Assembly: GCA_028534125.1 (NCBI GenBank)
Contig: CM052816.1
Location: 58,096,001 to 58,160,000 of the forward strand
From: Lama glama
Lineage: Eukaryota
Length of the DNA: 64,000 nucleotides
Direction: 5' to 3'
In this document: positions 60,853 to 64,000 of the stretch, one piece after another
Layout: the number at the start of each line of letters is the position of its first letter
Position numbering within the stretch: position 1 is the first letter of the stretch
Program-made: the position numbers and the translations under genes
Notes under the pieces: model-generated
Databases searched by the model: none
Seen by the model: only the letters and a program-made list of their open reading frames with translations
What the model was told of the DNA's origin: nothing

Positions 60853-63149
60853 ACAGACACAATTCCAGAGACTCAGAGTCTAGGACCTTTCAGGGGAGGG
60901 GTGAGCAGAGCCACACATCTCAAAAGACACTGACCACTCCACAGTATTAACAGCTTGAGATAATTAGCCTCCCAAAAAAGAAAAAAATGAAATTAGGTTC
61001 AGTGACTGCTAGTCAAGAAAAATAAAGATATGTGTCTGTCTGTCCATCTAAGATGGTAATATTTTCAGTCTCACAATTCGTTAGAACATATTTTTCTCCC
61101 TAGAAGGTTCATTCACTCAGAGATGCTCCCTGAGGCATTGCTGTCTTCTCTTTTCCCTAAATCCAGGATCACCCTGGCTACCACCAGGCTATCAGGCCTT
61201 TTCCCATTGGTTCCTGGGTCCTCTGTACCATGGAACTTTCTCAAGTTAATTTGCCTTAGAAAATCATCTCCTGCCAGCATTGAGGAGTTTGCTGACTCTG
61301 AGTGGAGGTCTGATGCTGCCTATCTGTGTTCTCAGGACAGTAGCCTGTGAGCCAGGCCCGGGGAGAAAATTATGCAAAAGAAATTAATACTGCGGAAAGG
61401 CCTCCTAACTGAAGGGAGAAGGAAGCTGGCTGAAGCCATTAAAGTAAGTTAAGTGCTCAAAGACACAGCATTGCTCCCACGCCTGGGGCTGGCTCTCTCT
61501 GTCTGCTAGCCTCCCAGCAGCTCAGAGGGAACAGATGGGCAGAGCCTCAGGGACAAAGAGGCCCAGGGTGTGCAAGAAGCAAATTCCGGGCCAGTCCTTT
61601 GCAGAGCTCCTAAGAGACCGCCTGAGAAACAGCCCCTGGGGTAGGGATGGAGAGGAGGGCCAGCTGTTCCACAAGGTCCAGGGACCCTGCAGCTGTGTGC
61701 CTTAGAAAGGCAGGTGATTATTGAAGGAATCCCTCCTGTTTCATTGATGACATTCAGGGTATGAATAAGGTGCCGTTCTCTCACTCTGTATTTCAGATCC
61801 CAGAGTGGCAGAGAAACAGAGAACAAGAAAGAGAGGGAGAGAGAGACAGAGACAAAGAGAAGACACACGAGCAGCAAAGATGCCACGTCATCGCTGATCC
61901 TCCGGGCAAGACTCAGTTCCTGCTGGCCCCGAGGTCCTGGGAAGATGCTCATGCCTCCTCCCATCTCCTAGTCAGTCTGACCCATGTCTCCCCAGGCCCA
62001 TTCTTACTGTCATTCCCTCTCTTCGGCTTCTCACAGACATCGCTATAGCAAACCGCCAGAACAAACACCAGGTGGCAATTCACAGCAACGCCTGTGAATC
62101 TGAGCCAGACTTTCGTCTCCCACCTCCCTGCAAGGAGCCACTCTGCCTGAGTAGCTCCCTGGCAGCTGCTGAGCCAGGTCCAGGGCAGATCAAACAGTGC
62201 TGATTCTGGGCTGCAGGTTCTGGTGCCCAACCCGGGGGCTGGTGAACCACATGCTGCTTTGCCTCTTAGCAGGCAGGAAGAAAAAGCTGGAGGGGAAAGC
62301 CACTGTCTCCCAGTGCCCTTCTCCCAGCTAGACCCTGCCCCAGTCCCCATAGGCAGCCTTCCCAGGGCACTGGCTGATCATTTGCTTACTGTTGCCTACC
62401 CTCCCAACATCAAACCAGGGTCAGGAAAAGGTGAGAGTGGGTACTGGTGCCCAGGAGAGGAATCAGGGTCATCACAACCAGAAACAGAGACAGTCTAGAT
62501 TCTCACCCAGAAGACCTAAGAGAAAACCAGAAGCTAAAAACTGTTAGGCCTGCAAATAGGAAACCAAGTTGACAGGTAGAGAGACTTCAAGTTATGGCCA
62601 CAGTCCTTGGATTCGGGAAGCATAGAAGAAGTGGACTGATGAAAGCATAAAAGATTCGTTCTGGGACATTTGAGAGGCCTGCTGGGGGCAGGGCAAATGA
62701 AGCACTAGCCTTGGGCATCTGTGGGAGAGCTAAATATGGGAACAGCACACAGAAGCACAGCTTGTCCCCGGCCAGGCCACCAATCAGAGTTCTCCAAACA
62801 GCAGCTGTTTCAATAACAATGCAGGAACCTCTCCTGCTTCCAGCATTGTAAAGGACTAAGTTGTTCCACATGAGTGGGATTTCCCTTCAAATGGCAGAAC
62901 TTTTTTATGTTAGTAATTTTAAATATCACCCTTCAACTCAACACTTGTGGCTCTTATCATTAAAAAAAAAAAGATAAATCCCAAAGCCTGTGATCCTTAC
63001 AACTCTTTTATGAAATCAATGAACATGCACCAGACTCCTCTTACATGATGAGCACCAGACAACCACAAAACATGGTAGACAGCGGCACCTCACAGGAGAG
63101 TTCTTATAAGAGAGATCTGAAACAAATGCTATAAGTACATATGAGTTGG

Positions 63150-64000
63150 TAGACACATATGTATTTCCTAGTTCTGTCCACTGAGGAAGCCTAGAAACAG
63201 TGACATCCCAGTAGCCACATCATGCCCAGTGCCCAGATCTTAGTTTCTAAACACCTTTCTTCAATAAAAGAACCCAAGGCTACTTGGGAAAATGGCTGCT
63301 TCTAAGGGGGAAGAAAAGGATGGAAGCGGCATACGGGAGCCAACCTGAAAAAGCTCTCAACAGCCAAAACTAGAACAATTTGAGTCACTGAATAAATAAT
63401 GATAATATTGAGTTATAATGTAAAGAGCAAAATAAATATCCATGAGTCCATTCTGAGATGACCAAATAAATAAATAAATAATAAGAAGGGACAGATCTTC
63501 CTTACAGAAGAATTCCAATGAATAAATGTAGAAGGAGTGAGCAAAATAGATCATCATCTTTAGAATACCACGGTAGTAATTGATGTAGAGAGGATCCATC
63601 GATAAATGCTAAAATTAGTGGGATAAACTTTAAGAGGAAACAAAGTATTGTTCCCCAAATTCACTAATTATTGTGGTGGTTCTAACATATGATCACAAAT
63701 TCTTTGATAGCCTGCCCTTCAGGAAGTGGTGCTTAATTCCCCTCCCCATGGGTGTGGGCTGGATGTAGAGACTCAGGAATATTTGTGGAAGGAGTAATAT
63801 AGTTACATTACAGTGGAGAAACCTGGCAAATGTCACCTTAACAAACTGCTCAAGGTTAATATCACCAGTGATAAACCACACTGATATCATATGTCCACTG
63901 ATATCATGGAATGAAAAGAGTATTTCTCCTCTGTGGTATTTCTCAAAAATCCATAACCTTATCCTATTAATAAGAACACAGCAGATAAACTTAAATTGAG
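63150..64000 (+). mobile_element. L1MC/L1MD-type long 3' UTR region, continuing past the window end
   Basis: tatttcctagttctgtccactgagg..., acagccaaaactagaacaatttgag, acagtggagaaacctggcaaatg...tcaaggttaatatcaccagtgataa. Confidence 0.8.

Noticed and set aside
1..64000. CRISPR arrays, operons or other prokaryotic/phage systems
   Set aside because: The sequence is CpG-depleted mammalian DNA with no repeat-spacer arrays or dense coding regions.

Overview
Mammalian non-coding genomic DNA, most likely camelid (alpaca/vicuna/camel), based on two copies of a tRNA-Ala-derived vic-1-type SINE and artiodactyl-type L1 3' UTRs. I recognise no protein-coding exon, functional RNA gene or CpG-island promoter, so the window looks intergenic or deep intronic. 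It is dominated by fossil transposons (L1 of several ages, L2, L3/CR1, MIR, MER63, MER81, MaLR LTRs) and has three assembly gaps. The most structured feature is a cluster of ERVL (class III, LTR16-type) fossils at 17.7-42.3 kb: a two-LTR provirus with TSD, PBS, PPT and decayed gag-pro-RT-dUTPase; a solo LTR in a multi-layer nested insertion; an LTR-less pol fragment; and a second deleted provirus inside an old L1. Repeat-free blocks rich in homeodomain motifs look like developmental enhancers, and there is one good CTCF site plus weak plus-strand exon candidates at 57-62 kb. I found no convincing novel biological system. Repeat subfamily names come from my recall of consensus sequences, and most repeat boundaries are approximate.
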